DNA of 64,000 nucleotides, taken from Octopus bimaculoides. Lineage: Eukaryota. The DNA is taken from assembly GCF_001194135.2 (NCBI RefSeq), contig NC_068998.1, positions 34,416,187-34,480,186 on the forward strand. The letters are read 5' to 3'. Positions 49,600 to 63,339 of the stretch are shown here, piece by piece. The notes beneath the pieces were generated by a model, which saw only the letters and a list, made by a program, of their open reading frames with translations, was not told where the DNA came from and did not search any database. Within the stretch, counting starts at the first letter, position 1. Every line of letters begins with the position of its first letter. A program made the position numbers and the translations under genes.

Positions 49600-52300
49600 T
49601 GCATTTAATTTTGGCTAATTTATAAATTACATTTCTTAATTCATTTATTGTTCTGTTGTTGAATTTCTTCACAGACAAAGAGGAGAAATAGTATAAAATT
49701 TCCTGCATAATTTTCAATATGTTGGCTTTGGGGAAATTTTCTTGTGTATGGCTGGCTAAGTTTGTTGACAGTGTAGTGTCATTAGTCTACGGAGTGTAAG
49801 GGAAGTGTAGCCAATATAATGTTCTTGGCAACTTTTACATGTTTAAATATATGTACTAATTTTTCAGAACACCATACAAATTATTTTTAATTTTGAAAGT
49901 ATGTCCTTCATCATATTAGATGATTTTCAATGAATGTTTCCATCTTTTGGTTCCAAAGAAATACGGGTTGATGTTCATGAACCCTTGCAAAGACTTCAAT
50001 GTTTTGGAGGTTAAAGATTGAGGCAAACGAAATAACATTATTTTGACATTTGTGGTTTGTTTCTCAAAGTCTCTGAATGTGAATATTTTTTTGCTCTCCA
50101 TTGTTGATTAAATTAAAAGGCTTTTTTTTTTCGCCTGTATTTCCTTCATTTTCTTTAGTCTGCAATTTCTTGTTAAATGATTCAAGACTAAAGTGCAAAT
50201 TCATTTCACTAAGTCATATGGCATATTAACTTAAATATAATACGAATAGTAGATGTTTACAAGAGTTTTTAGATTAAATGTATGTCAGTTTCTGATTTTT
50301 CATTTAACTCTCACATAACTAACAAAGTTATTTCCAAATACATGAGAGAATTGTTCATAGATTTTTAATTCATAATATCCCTAAAAATATGTTCACATAT
50401 GTTGGCACAGATCTATTAACCATAGCTGTACTTGACTTTTGTTGATAGGTTGTCTCACCAAACATGAAATAATTATTTTCTAAAATAAATTGAAGTCCAC
50501 TTGTAATAAATTCGTCCTCAACACAGTCTGGTAATTCATAAATAAATAAGCCTAGCCAGTATTTATTAGCTTTGATTCTGTAATTGTGTGGACTACAACT
50601 ATATAACTTCATAACATCAAACAAAGTAATATAAGTATTTTCATTTACTGTATTTGATAGATTGTTGGGCACATCAATATCATCTTTTATAAAGCTGTGT
50701 ATGTGTTATAGGAATGGTTTCAGAAAGATGTCTATAAAATTAATGAAGTGATGCATCTTGCATGTTGGGGACTACCACAATGGGTGTCAATTTTAAACTA
50801 TTCAGAGAGGGCGTATTCACATGACAAGTTCTCATCCTTTTCCATGCTTCAGCAATCAGTTATTAATTTTTGATAATCCCTAAGATGTTACTCATTCAAT
50901 ATTTCAAATTTGTAAGATAATCTATTCCCCTTGTAATTTCAAAATATTTTTTTAAAAACATTATTTGCACAGTGTACAGCATGGTATAAAATATTTTTCA
51001 TCTAAGTATAATAAAGTAATAAGTTGTTTCATAACTAGGTTTATAATTTCTGACTTCGTCATAATACATACTATTCCATACCACAAAAGGGTAAAAACCT
51101 CCTTTGGCCATGAATGATAATGGGGTTGCACCTGGAAAGTTCCCCTCTGATGCACAAGTCTGGGAAGGGTTGTTTATGGAAGACCAGTAGTTGCCCATGC
51201 ATGCCACTGATGTTATCCAAGGCAAAGGCTGATACAGCTTGGCACCAATGATGTTGCAACTCATTTCTAAAGCTGAGTGAACTGGAGCAATGTGAAATAA
51301 AGTGTCTTGCTCAAGAACACGACACTCAGCCCGGTCTAGGAACTGAACTCACTACCTTATGATTGTGAGCCCAACAGTCTAACCACTGAGCCATGTGCCT
51401 TCATAGTAAATACAATATTTGTATAGTATTCTGGATCAGCAACAGAACTTCTCTTGTCAACATCTGATATAGCTATATATTTTATTTCAGTCAGATATGC
51501 CCATTATTCTTTGGCAAAGTTGAATTTTGCTTGACTTTTATTCTGTTGTTCTGAGAGGAAATTTCAAAATATATTCACAACATTCAACAATGACCACACT
51601 TATATCTCTTTAAGTTGATATTTACTTTTGTTTTTGACTAAAGATTCATTACTCATTTGGTTCATCTATCACTGTATCTAAGGGATAGTTGTGGATAAAA
51701 ATTTTTGTAATCCTGTTATCAACATTTCTTTCTAAAATTCTGTCTAATTTAGCTCATGTTGCGTTTGTCTTTGGTGATGGTGATCTAGGGGTATGTTCAT
51801 TGAATGGCTACAGTATAGTTTTTCTTAATGTTTTTCTTTAAAACAGGGTTTTCAGACCTGTATTCCTTTTTAGATTGTTCCACATAATTTAATAAGCAGC
51901 TTCTACTTTTTAACATTTCTGTAATGATACCATCTCTTCATTCTTACCACCATAATGTGCAAAACTTATCTTGTCAATTCTTGTTTTGTTTTTCATTTTA
52001 ATTTCATGTTTTCATTTCCTCATCGTTTTTGTAATTATTATTTTTTTTTTGCATCTGCACTCATTTCATTAATTCCTTTCATTTTTTAATTTTATTCAGC
52101 AACAATTTTGTCATAAATATTTTTTCATTTATAAGTTTGAGTTGTAATTTTCTTGGTTAAAAACAATGGCATTGAAGTTATCACGTTTCTAAATTTCCAC
52201 TTTCTTTCAATTTCTCAACATGTTCCAAGAAGTGAATTTTTATAAGCGGAATTTTTTTATCCCATGCATAACCTATTTGGTATCAGGTTACTTTCATGAA
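49600..52300 (-). mobile_element. Penelope-like element (RT and C-terminal GIY-YIG), decayed, interrupted by a SINE
   Basis: ISDVDKRSSVADPEYY (cf. ADKG..VV); FIDIFLKPFL*HIHSFIKDD; TLFDVMKLYS...FILENNYFMF...QQKSSTAMV...PTYVNIFLG; CKSCQEHYIGYTSLTLRRLMTLH. Confidence 0.85.
51060..51400 (-). mobile_element. tRNA-derived CORE-like SINE inserted in the Penelope ORF
   Basis: Minus: ggcacatggctcagtggttag (A box), gagttcagttcc (B box), gtgttcttgagcaagacacttt...gctccagttcactcagct. Confidence 0.8.
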
Positions 52301-52479
52301 TAAAGTACTCACATCATTATTTAATGTCAGTTTTCCATGCTGAAATGGGTTGGACTTCTCACATCATGAGAATTGAAAACGAACACTTCAAAAATTATTC
52401 CTTGGGTGACGACTAAGGTTGCATAATAAGAAAATTTGCATAACTATCAAATCAGGACATTGGTCATACAACTAAAGTT

Positions 52480-53040
52480 TCAAAATGGTAGTAACACAGA
52501 TAACCAAAGTGGTTTATCTTGAGACAACATCCAGTATATAAGTGCTCCCTTTAAAGGTTATGGTTTTGTAATCCAAGAACTGGAAATTTTGACAAAACAC
52601 TATAGGCTGAAAAAGACAAGGATGCAGATAATGCACCTGTATGCAAAAAATGATTATCTCCAACATTTTCAGCAATCTCACAAACTGTTGCTTAAAATTG
52701 TTTTTGTAATATAATTTTTCTATGAGGCATGACGACCAAAATATTACACAATGCTTTTCAAAAATGTTCGTAATGTGGCAGGATTACCCATCCAAAATAT
52801 GAAGGAATACTGGTGGAAAGTTCCTGTAAATATCTCAGCAAAATGTAAAATGTATGCATTGTGTTCTGTAGAATGCTTACATTACAAACCAGTTATATTG
52901 ATCTGAAACAGAGAAAGGAAAGTGTGTCTAATAGTGGACATAAGTAGCCCAGTAAACCTTGATTTAATATCAAAGATAAGAAAGCATGGAATCATCTATA
53001 CCAATCTAATGAGAAATCTATAGACACCCCTTCTGGCCTA
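52480..53040 (+). mobile_element. RLE-type (R4/Dong-like) LINE fragment
   Basis: GYGFVIQELEILTK; MRHDQ; EYWWKVPV; HYKPVILI*NRERKVCLIVDISSP...YTNLMRNL. Confidence 0.7.
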
Positions 53041-56000
53041 TTATTTTAGACATACCTCTAAGTATATAATTATATTGGGGTGACTTGATTTTTCAACTAA
53101 ATATCTTATTACCAATCTTAAGAAACTGGGTTACACAGTTTCTTAGGACACGGCTAATTCAGGAATTAAAATTATACAAGGTATTAATGGAATGGTGAAA
53201 ATATATAAAATATTTCAGATGCTTAATGTAGATATACAGACACAGACACAAGCAAGTACACACACACACACACATATGTACATACATAATACACATGTAA
53301 ATATGTATGCTCATATATGTACATATGTGTGTGTGCGTGTACATACACAGACACACACATACACGCACATACACAGACAACACACATCACACACTCACAC
53401 ACACACACATACACAGTCACATACATGCACACACACACATTCAAATGATACAAACCTCAAAATCTTTCAATTTATGGAATGTTCGACCAATTATTCAACT
53501 AAACTCATCGATAGTATTGTTAGGAACCTCCTTCAATAAATTACAAAACAGAAGGAGGAGAAAAAAGTCAACTCCATATTTTTATTTACGACATATTGTT
53601 TTGTACATATTCTTTCAATATTATAGACAAAATAATAATATATGTTATTGTTATTGTTATTAATCATTGTTGACAGACATTCCTTTTCTTTTTTCTCCCC
53701 ATATTATTATCGTAACACAGGAACTTATACTATGCAAAACACAGATGGTTTTTATGTCTAAATTAGTGCTTCTATTAATTAGCTATTGCATAGTTTCACA
53801 AATGAAATTAAGCTGTTTCATTATTATTCTATCATGCATATACACCCCCAACCACCCCTACACACACATCTTATACATTTCACACATTTGTGCATATGTG
53901 TTCCAACAGGCTATTTGTCAAATGGAATTTTGTCCTCATTCTGTACTCTGTTATTAGTGTCTGTTCAGTTTGAAACCCTGTCAAAACCAATAGCAGTGTC
54001 AGGATATTTATTACTACATTTTGATTTTACATTGAAGTTTCACTGAGCAAGTACTAATTAGATGTCATCAATTTAAACTTTTACTATTTTAAAAATTTGT
54101 TTGCTTCTTTTCTTTCTCCATGTTTTGGATTCACTATTTTCTTTACTCTCAGGTAAAATATAATTTCCTTCACAGTAGTACAAAATATGTTTTCTTTTAA
54201 TATTTGTTTCAATATTTTATACTAGTGCTTCACTAAAGAATCATTTCCAAAATATTCTGTTTTACACATCTTTTATATTTCTATAATCCTGAAATTGTAT
54301 GGTTAGTTATGACGAGATAAGCAGATTGAAAAGCTAAACTGCACAAATCTATCAGCAGTTATGAAGTCTGTCTGAAAAATGTTAGTCCTATCTTTAGTTT
54401 AATGCATTTGTATATTAACTGAAGTCATGACTGGCTGAATAAATATAGAGTTGAACTGCTAGTTGAAAGGTTGATGGTTTATAAAATGTCGATGCCTCTC
54501 TACAATGTTCACAACTAAGAAGCTTATCTCTTTTGCCCGAATCAGTCCATGTAACTGCAAGTTGTTGTTGTGGATGTTTAGTTCCAGCTTAGCATTGATT
54601 GAGCTGATCTATGGTACATAGGTATTTCATTGATCCATTGATCCATTGAGTCAGATATACCATAGCTCCGACTAGCGGATGCATACTAAGCACTCAGATG
54701 CAGTGATTTATTGTAACTGTAAGTTATTGTTATTGTCATTGCTATTGATGTTTAACCCTCGGTCAACTCTGACTTATGATAAAAGACATAACAGCCATGA
54801 TCATCCTGTATTTTTTAGAGTATATTGTGAAATATATTATTCAAAATGTCATTTTCTTATTTAAGATGGTAGGGTGTGGTATGAGGGAGACCTGGCTGCT
54901 ATTTCTTGCAGATCAAGTGACCATGCAGAAGCTCCTTCATTAAATCACAGCAACATGATAATGAAACAATGATTTTAAAACCCAAGCTGTATTATATAAT
55001 TATGGATCACATTTTAGTATCTATTAATATATGCAAATTCAGAGTTTGATCCATGCACTTAATATAGGGCTAATTGCATGATAATTCCAGAATGGTCAGT
55101 ACATTAAATGGTAATCTATTATTTGAAGCAAGTATGTTGTTTCATTTTAGCTCCAGCTCATCTTTAATTGGAAAGATTTTTGACCATCTAGTCTTTCTTA
55201 GATTATATCTAAGACTACATTATCCTTGCTAAAGGCACTGTGATTTGATATGAGAGAGCTTTGGCTACTAATCTTAGCCATTGGGAAATCAATTATAGCA
55301 GTGACACCATCAATTCTTAGGGATATCTGAAGAAGGAATATTTATTCCGAAATATCATATCAGACTATGGATGATTAAATTACAACAGTCCATTGTTTGT
55401 ATGATAGTGCATTGTTGTGTCATTCAAAACATTTTATTCTTTACAAAGAATGCTTCAAGCGAACTACAATACTCTACTAATCTTAACATTAAGATTCTCT
55501 TGCTGGTTTGTGTTCATATTCTTCTGTAATATCTGTAAATCTGAAGCAAGCAGCAAGTGATGCCTTTGAGCATATTCTCTCTGAAGACATCCAGAAATCC
55601 CCACCTGCACCTGGAGTCCACTCTCCCTTCGAAACACCAATAAATGTATGCAATATTAAGGCTGGAAGTTCTTGATCTGCTGAACCTTAAACATTTGTCT
55701 TGTTAGTGAATGACATTTTCTACAGATATCTTGTAACTTGCTGTCACATGAAGTTAAGATGAGATAAATGTTCTACAGTTCTCCAGAGTTAGCTCTGTGA
55801 CCATGTCTACTGCAATAATCGGCTCGTGATATATCTATCGCAAATGAAATTACTCTTCTTCTCTCTTCAGACACTGAACTACAGTCAATCTGGGACACTA
55901 CCACCAAGAGTTTTTGATTATTATAGTGACCAAATATTTATTTTAGGATGATGTTTATTTTATGGAGAGATATTTCTAGAATTACTACACTACAGGTCAC

Positions 56001-57157
56001 AAAAAGACATGCTGTTAACAGAAAAAAACACCAGCATTTTTAAGACTGGTGTAAACATAAACATGCACACATGTATGCACATGCACACAAAATTATGTGC
56101 AATATTCGACACTAAAAATTTTGAACAAAATCTGGGCCAGGTAGTTATCAAGGAGCTCATGGCAGGAAAAAATTGTCAAATCTGCTATAGGCCTGTTTGA
56201 AAAAAATAGTTATGCTACAAATTAAGTTGATGATCACTGTACACATACACATACACACATATCTAGGAAGGTAATAGACAACAGCCTAAATAATCCAGAT
56301 AAAAAGGAACTCAATACAATGAAGTAAAGTAATATTATAAAATTTATTTAAAACTGAAACTTTACAATTTGTAACTCAGAGTTATATTTCTTCTGGTTGT
56401 CATATAATAAACGAAATGAATAAAGCAGTCTTGTAATTATATATGAAGATAAATCCATTGAATGTCCTATATACATTAATAGTAGAATAGACTGATTGTT
56501 TGGAGCATGTAACAGCATTATTTAAGGCTGGCCATAAGAAATTTTCATCCACTCGACATTTTGAAATATTTCAACCAACATGCAATTTATGATGACAAAA
56601 CATATATCTTATGAATGCTAACAAATAAATACTTATTAATTGCTTGAGCGTTTTGCCTTGTAATGAGGTAGTCCAAGAAGGATTTTAAAAATTGTTGTGG
56701 TGAGAAAATTTTATTCACTCCAAATCAATGTTTGAGTTAGAATCTCTATGGAAAAATAGTTTTGATTTGTTTCTGAAATATGAAGATTATAAAATTATAA
56801 GAGTTGGCTTGTTCTGTCTTCCAAACAATTTTATAGTTTCTGGTATTCTTATGTCTTAAAGATTAGATACACTTCAATATATTGTTGTCAAATAATTTTT
56901 CAAAATTTCTGAAACTATATTTATGTTGATTGATTCTTAACTTTAAAAAATTCTCAGTCAGTCTAAGTTGAAATTACTACAAACACTTCCCCATAATATC
57001 TCTATTTAGTATACTACAATCTGTCACTAGTGTCTCTTTTCATTCTAGCTTGATAGATGTACTTACATCCCTTTTGTTTGGTAACCCCCTTCCAAACCAT
57101 ATCAATCTCGTCAAGAGGAATTTAAGGCTTAATTTCCTCATCCTTCAATGAAAGGTA

Positions 57158-57390
57158 AAAAGCACTCCTTATAGATGTATAACCTAGTAATACACACTAT
57201 TCATGTCTAACCAAGTAACATTTTCTATTTTTGTCTAGCCTTAAAATATAGATGTTTACCCTAATAGAACTCCTTATAAATTTCTAACCTAAAAGTACTC
57301 CCTACAGATAACTAAATTCAAAGTGCTAATTATAGATGTTTAACTTAGTAATAGCACCTTTAGATTTCTAACTTAATAAAAATACTTAAC
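57158..57390. repeat. Degenerate ~29-bp minisatellite, about eight copies
   Basis: Recurring ctccttatagatgtttaacctagtaat-like units. Confidence 0.65.
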
Positions 57391-59212
57391 AGTTAACTCA
57401 AGACAACAAAGGTACCTTAATGTGGTCATGTAATGTGTTAGACATAGCAGGCAAATCTCCCTTAAATCACATCTTTTCATGTTAAAAATAGGAAAAAAGC
57501 ATATTGGATAGTCTGAAATACATTATGCATAAATAAAAGATGTTATTCATGTCTGGTTGCTAAATATACTATAGGTCTTGTAACGCACACTGTGTGTTAT
57601 AACAATTTGTCAAAGCAATACGTGTGCAAACATAAAAAGGAGGAACAAGCTGTATGTATATTTCCACTCTTCTTGAAATCTTCCTCAGCAGCTGTGTATG
57701 ATTTTTAAATATCCACAGAAACGTATTTTAGATGCTGAAGTAAACAATTGTCATAACACAGTGGCTAAAAAGAACTAAAAGAACCTATAGATATGTTCTA
57801 CAGTACATTATAGCAATGAAGTAAAACATTAACACACCTGTCATTTAATTTTCAATCTCACGGCTGTAGAAAGGTTAAATATGCAAACTAGTCAACCCAG
57901 TTTACTTAACGCTGCAGTAATTTATTATTCATGGTTGGAATGCCATTCATCATAAGTCTCTTGATTAGGGATCAACCTAGCTAAAAGGCAGCTGCACCTA
58001 CAACTTACAGTTGTCTAACTGAATGGTATAGCTTATGATTATTTAGCATATCTTGCAGTAAACTACTTTAATGCCATCATGTGTGTGTGCCTGCGTGAGT
58101 GATTACATCTGAGAAATGAACAATGTGATGAATCTCTGACTCATGAGTTATGAATTCCACTGCAGGGATGTTGTAATTTCTTGACAGGTTAGTTAAATTC
58201 TATATTAGTTCAAAGGACAAGAAGCAAATTCTTTCAAGAAATTGATAATTTTACCACCAAGAGACTGATAGCATCTTCATGAGGTTGATTCATTTCACCA
58301 GCTTAATGCTAGAGTGTGTATGGCCGTCAGTCTCAGCTTCATGAAGTCATCTTAGTGAATAAGAGAAAAATGGAAAGATTAGTGGGGTGCTGCCAGTCAG
58401 GAATTTTGGCAGCATTTTTTTTTCTTCTGTGACATTTCCATCTGGTTTTCTATTATCTATGCTATCATTCAAATGCTATATTTCTCAATACCAGTCCTTT
58501 AATCAAGCTGCTAGTTCTTTTACAGTAAAATCATTTATGCCTGATATCAAGTGTAGGATTAATATTCCTGATATTTGATTTCAAGTCATTTCTCTGGATT
58601 ATAGTTGATTAACTCATTGAGGCACTAAAGCTTTGCTTATAAAATTCTACCTACTAGAAATTTTAAAACATTTGAACCAAAATTAAAATATTTACTTACC
58701 TTAGTCTTATAATTTTTTTTACAATTTCTTGTATTATGACAAGTTTTGCTTAAAAACAGTTCAACTTCATTATTGATTCTTCTTTAGTAAAACTTTCAAA
58801 CTATTTTTCATTCATTTAATCTTTTTTTATAGCTTTTATTGTTTAAAATTGTTTTATCATTTCCTTTTCTCTCTAATTTTTTTTTTGCTTCAGAATATCC
58901 TCATTTAATATTTATATGTCTGGTTCACATTTATTATTTTTCAAAAGATACGTGTGTTTAAGAAGTATAAATATACTTCACAACCATGTTGTTCCCACTT
59001 TCACCAAGATCCTTCTGCCACAGCCTCAGGCTGTTCAATAATATCCACTGAATGAAAATTTGTTGATGGAAATTTAGAGAAATCCCATGTTAATATAGAC
59101 ATACAGACACCCTCCACACACACACACACACTCACACATGCATATACATGTGTACTTGTATGTATGCCATATATCTTTTATATATGTATTTGCATGTGTA
59201 TGAACAAATACA

Positions 59213-59770
59213 TATAGGCACAAGTATGGCTGTGTGATTAAGAAGTTCACTTCTAAGCCATGAGGTTTTGGTTTAGTCTCATTGTGTGGCATATTGTGCA
59301 GGTGTCATCTGCTATAACCCTGGGCCAACCAAACATTTGTGAATAGATTTGGTAGAGGGAAACTAAAAGAAGTCTCTCAGGTGCAGGCATGGTTGTGTGG
59401 TAAGAAGCTTGCTTCCCAACCATATGGTTCCGGGTTCAGTTCCACTGCATGATGCCTTAGGCAAGTGTCTTCTACTATAGCCTCAGGTTGACCAAATGTT
59501 TGTAAGTAGATTTAGTAGAAGAAAACTGAAAAAAGCCTGTCAAATATATATATATATGTTTATGCTTGAGTGTCTGTTTGTCCCCCCCCCACCCATTGCT
59601 TGACAACTGATGTTGATGTGTTTACATCCCTGTAACTTATCAGTTTGACAAAAGAGACCAATAGAATAAGTACTAGGCTAACAAAGAATAAGTCCTGGGG
59701 TTGATTTATTTGACTAAAGGTAGTGCTCCAGCATGGCAGTAGTCAATTTACTGAAACAATTAAAAGAATA
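59213..59770 (+). mobile_element. Type A SINE with a duplicated head (head-head-hinge-tail A)
   Basis: Older head 59213-59375, then head 59380-59545, short TA hinge, tail to ...actgaaacaattaaaagaata. Confidence 0.85.
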
Positions 59771-59829
59771 ATATATATATATGTATATATGTATATATAT
59801 GTGCGTGTGCATGCATGTGTGTGTGGATG

Positions 59830-60060
59830 TGCTTGTGTCACCTAGTTTTGACATTGTACAGTAATTGTAAACAAGTGTTACCATACAAGTGGTGTTTCCA
59901 GCCTCACATGACAATGTGTCCGGGCATGGGGAAATATTCCCTTTCTAGGAAACAGGCCATGGATTGCAACAGGAAGGGTTTCTAGCTGTAGAAAATCTGC
60001 CTCAGTGAATTTTATTGAATTCATGGAAAAGTGGGAGTTAAAACGATGGTGGTGATGATG
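59830..60060 (+). mobile_element. SINE tail B segment
   Basis: Aligns with 8960-9210 and 19000-19235. Confidence 0.6.
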
Positions 60061-60110
60061 ATCAATTTTTTTAATGTATATATGTATATATGTGTATGTC
60101 TCTGTGTGTG

Positions 60111-60149
<39 letters not shown>

Positions 60150-60727
60150 GTATGAATATATATANNNNNNNNNNNNNNNNNNNNNNNNNNNNNNNNNNNN
60201 NNNNNNNNNNNNNNNNNNNNNNNNNNNNNNNNNNNNNNNNNNNNNNNNNNNNNNNNNNNNNNNNNNNNNNNNNNNNNNNNNNNNNNNNNNNNNNNNNNNN
60301 NNNNNNNNNNNNNNNNNNNNNNNNNNNNNNNNNNNNNNNNNNNNNNNNNNNNNNNNNNNNNNNNNNNNNNNNNNNNNNNNNNNNNNNNNNNNNNNNNNNN
60401 NNNNNNNNNNNNNNNNNNNNNNNNNNNNNNNNNNNNNNNNNNNNNNNNNNNNNNNNNNNNNNNNNNNNNNNNNNNNNNNNNNNNNNNNNNNNNNNNNNNN
60501 NNNNNNNNNNNNNNNNNNNNNNNNNNNNNNNNNNNNNNNNNNNNNNNNNNNNNNNNNNNNNNNNNNNNNNNNNNNNNNNNNNNNNNNTGTATATGTACGT
60601 ATAATATATATGTATGTATGTGTATGTACGTATGTATATACATATGTGTGTAGTATATATGTATGTGTGCCTATATTTGTATATATATGTACATCTTTTT
60701 GTTTGAATAGATACATAATTGTATATT

Positions 60728-60761
<34 letters not shown>

Positions 60762-60771
60762 NNNNNNNNNN

Positions 60772-60814
<43 letters not shown>

Positions 60815-61379
60815 TTGTATTCATACTCACCCAAACACGCACACACAGAGGAAGATAGAATACTCAAACAATGAGTAGGAGAAACAGAGCCGAACAAGTA
60901 AAGACAATTGAAATGTCAACACTGTAAATGGTAATGAGGAAAATTACAGACATGAGGGTGGAAGAACATAATTCACATAAAAGTGTGCACATAATATGTG
61001 TGTGTGTGTGTGTGTGTGTTAGTGTGTGTGTGTGTGTGTGTATATGTATCTATTTGATAATTTTACAACTAATAGATTTTCATTATCATATATTTACATT
61101 TTCGCATCATTTAAAATTTTAATTCTAATGTTATCAATTAATTTCATATGAACAAATATATGAATTTGTGTATTTGTTCTCTTCTGTTTTTAATTATTTG
61201 AAGTATTCCTGTACAGAAGGAGCTGGTTTCTAACAAAGATACTAAGTTCCATCATTGGATTGAAGATGGCAAAAACATCAAATTTTGAAATTAAGAGAAG
61301 TCTTGCGTAATTTTACTATTCGACTTACAGGCTTTACCAGATTATTGCTTAAAAATTTAGTAACAAAACCAAGAGCACT

Positions 61380-61900
61380 AGTTATTATTGGTATAAATAT
61401 GAAGCTGTTATATAGGTGCAGAAGCTAAGATTTCAAAGTAGTTGTTCGTAGTTATCTTTTTGTTCTCTTTGATTTGTGAAGAGTTATTTACATCAGCAGG
61501 GCAGCTGCCTATTTTAATATCACACACTCAGTATGATTTCATTCTTTCGATATAGCAAACTGAGGGATCATTTTTGGCTACTTTATGACAATCAAATAAG
61601 TCTTTATTGCTTAAATAAGTCCACATGAAATAGATTTATAATTGTGACTCTTCTTATAAGGACATATAAAAATATTTTGTCTACCATTTTTTGATATTTT
61701 GATTCAGTTACTTTTCAATAGTGTTGATTTTGTTGGTTTGTTTCCCATCTGTGATGTTTTGTTTTGGTACTTCTACAGTAGAGTTATGACATTGTTTCCA
61801 GTCATATCGTTTGTGGCAAATTCCTGCATAGAGGATTCATATTTGAGATGGACATCCTTACAGTTTTGATGAAATGATTACTCCAGTTAATATGTTCAGA
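61380..61900 (-). mobile_element. RLE-type (R4/Dong-like) LINE fragment
   Basis: SMQEFATN (cf. IQEQEI.T); GSCPADVN; DNYEQLL; FIFIPIII. Confidence 0.65.
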
Positions 61901-62209
61901 AAAATAACCAATTATTTAACTAGGCTGGTACATGTGACATTAATGTTGGAAAGGTATTTTATCAGATATTAAATGAATAGTCTCCTAACTGGAGAAATGA
62001 CTGTCTACAACTAGTAGTTTGTTGATATGTTTGTTTGCATATTTATTGTATGTATGTATGTATGTATGTATGTATGTATGTATGCTCATTGTTATCTGAA
62101 ATGGTTGGTGTGGACCTATGTGTATGCATGTGAATAAACTTACACCCATGTAGTGGATCTGCATGTAATGTTTGTACACAAGTGTGTGTGTCCTTCATTA
62201 CTGTTTCTG

Positions 62210-63322
62210 TACAAGGAGAAGTCAAATATTATCCACACTTTCGCCATAACGTATCTTTATTATTGTCACACTGCCTTCCATGCATGCATGCCTTAACTTG
62301 GTACTATTGCGATCACTTGATCGAATTTGGAGCTTGATTGAATCATTTTTCTTTTTGGCCTTACAGTGTAAGCATAGCCACTCCACTGGCAATGTGCACT
62401 AATGAAGAATGAAGAGCAGTGATCCGATTTCTCTGGTTGGAAGGTGTGTCAGGACGTCCATCAACCTCCAACACTGATGAGAAGATTCAGCAAGCTTGAG
62501 AGATGGTAATGGTGAATCGGCAAGTTATCATCAGTGAGGTAGCTCGAGTTATCCACGATGAGCTCAGCCTCCATAAAAGCTGTGCAAGATGGATGTCAAG
62601 AGAGCTTACTGCAGAACACAAGAGCAAACATCTTGAGGTCTGCCAACATTTACTCGATTACTACAACAATGAGGGAAAGAAATGTTTTACAGAATAGTCA
62701 CAGGAGATGAAACAGGGGTTCATCATTATGAGGTAGAATCCAAAAGATAGAGTATAGAGTGGAAACATCCTGGTTTGCCAGCGATGAAGAAATTCAAAAC
62801 TCAGTCTTCCGTGGGAAATGTGATGCTAACCCTGGGAAAGGGGCATATGATCAAGAGTGCAAGATACAGTGCTTTGTTGGCCAACAAACTGAAGCCAGCA
62901 ATTCACACCGAATGCCAAAGCGTGTTGTTGAAGAAAGTTTTGTTGCTGCATGACAATGCATATCCACACATGACTACCCAGACTGTTGAAACCATTAACC
63001 AATTGGATTTTGAGGTGCTAGAACTGCCTGCCTACAACCCAGATCTTGCAACTTCCAACTATCATATCTTTGGACCACTCAAAGATGGTTTAGAAGGTCG
63101 TTGATTTACTATGGATGAAGATGTGAAGAAAGTGGTGCATAAAAGGTTGCATGACCAACCAAAAACCCTCTTATTGGAGGGAATACACAAGCTTGTGAAC
63201 CACTGGACCAAGTGCATCGAAAAGGAAGGAGACTATACAGAAAAACGATGTACTTGCTTATTCCCTGCTTTTGTATAAGTACATTGAAAAACCAAGAGTG
63301 CATATAATTTTTGACTCTCATA
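62210..63322 (+). mobile_element. mariner (DD34D) transposon with both TIRs, internally deleted
   Basis: TIRs tacaaggagaagtcaaatattatccacac and gtgcatataatttttgactctcata. RAVIRFLW; CARWMSRELT; VTGDET; LLLHDNAYPH; PAYNPDLATSNYHIFGPLK; WTKCIEKEGDY. Confidence 0.92.
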
Positions 63323-63339
63323 TATATGTGTATTCCATG

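Noticed and set aside
59380-59460. tRNA-like sequences with A and B boxes
   Set aside because: SINE heads continuing into SINE body; no full cloverleaf.
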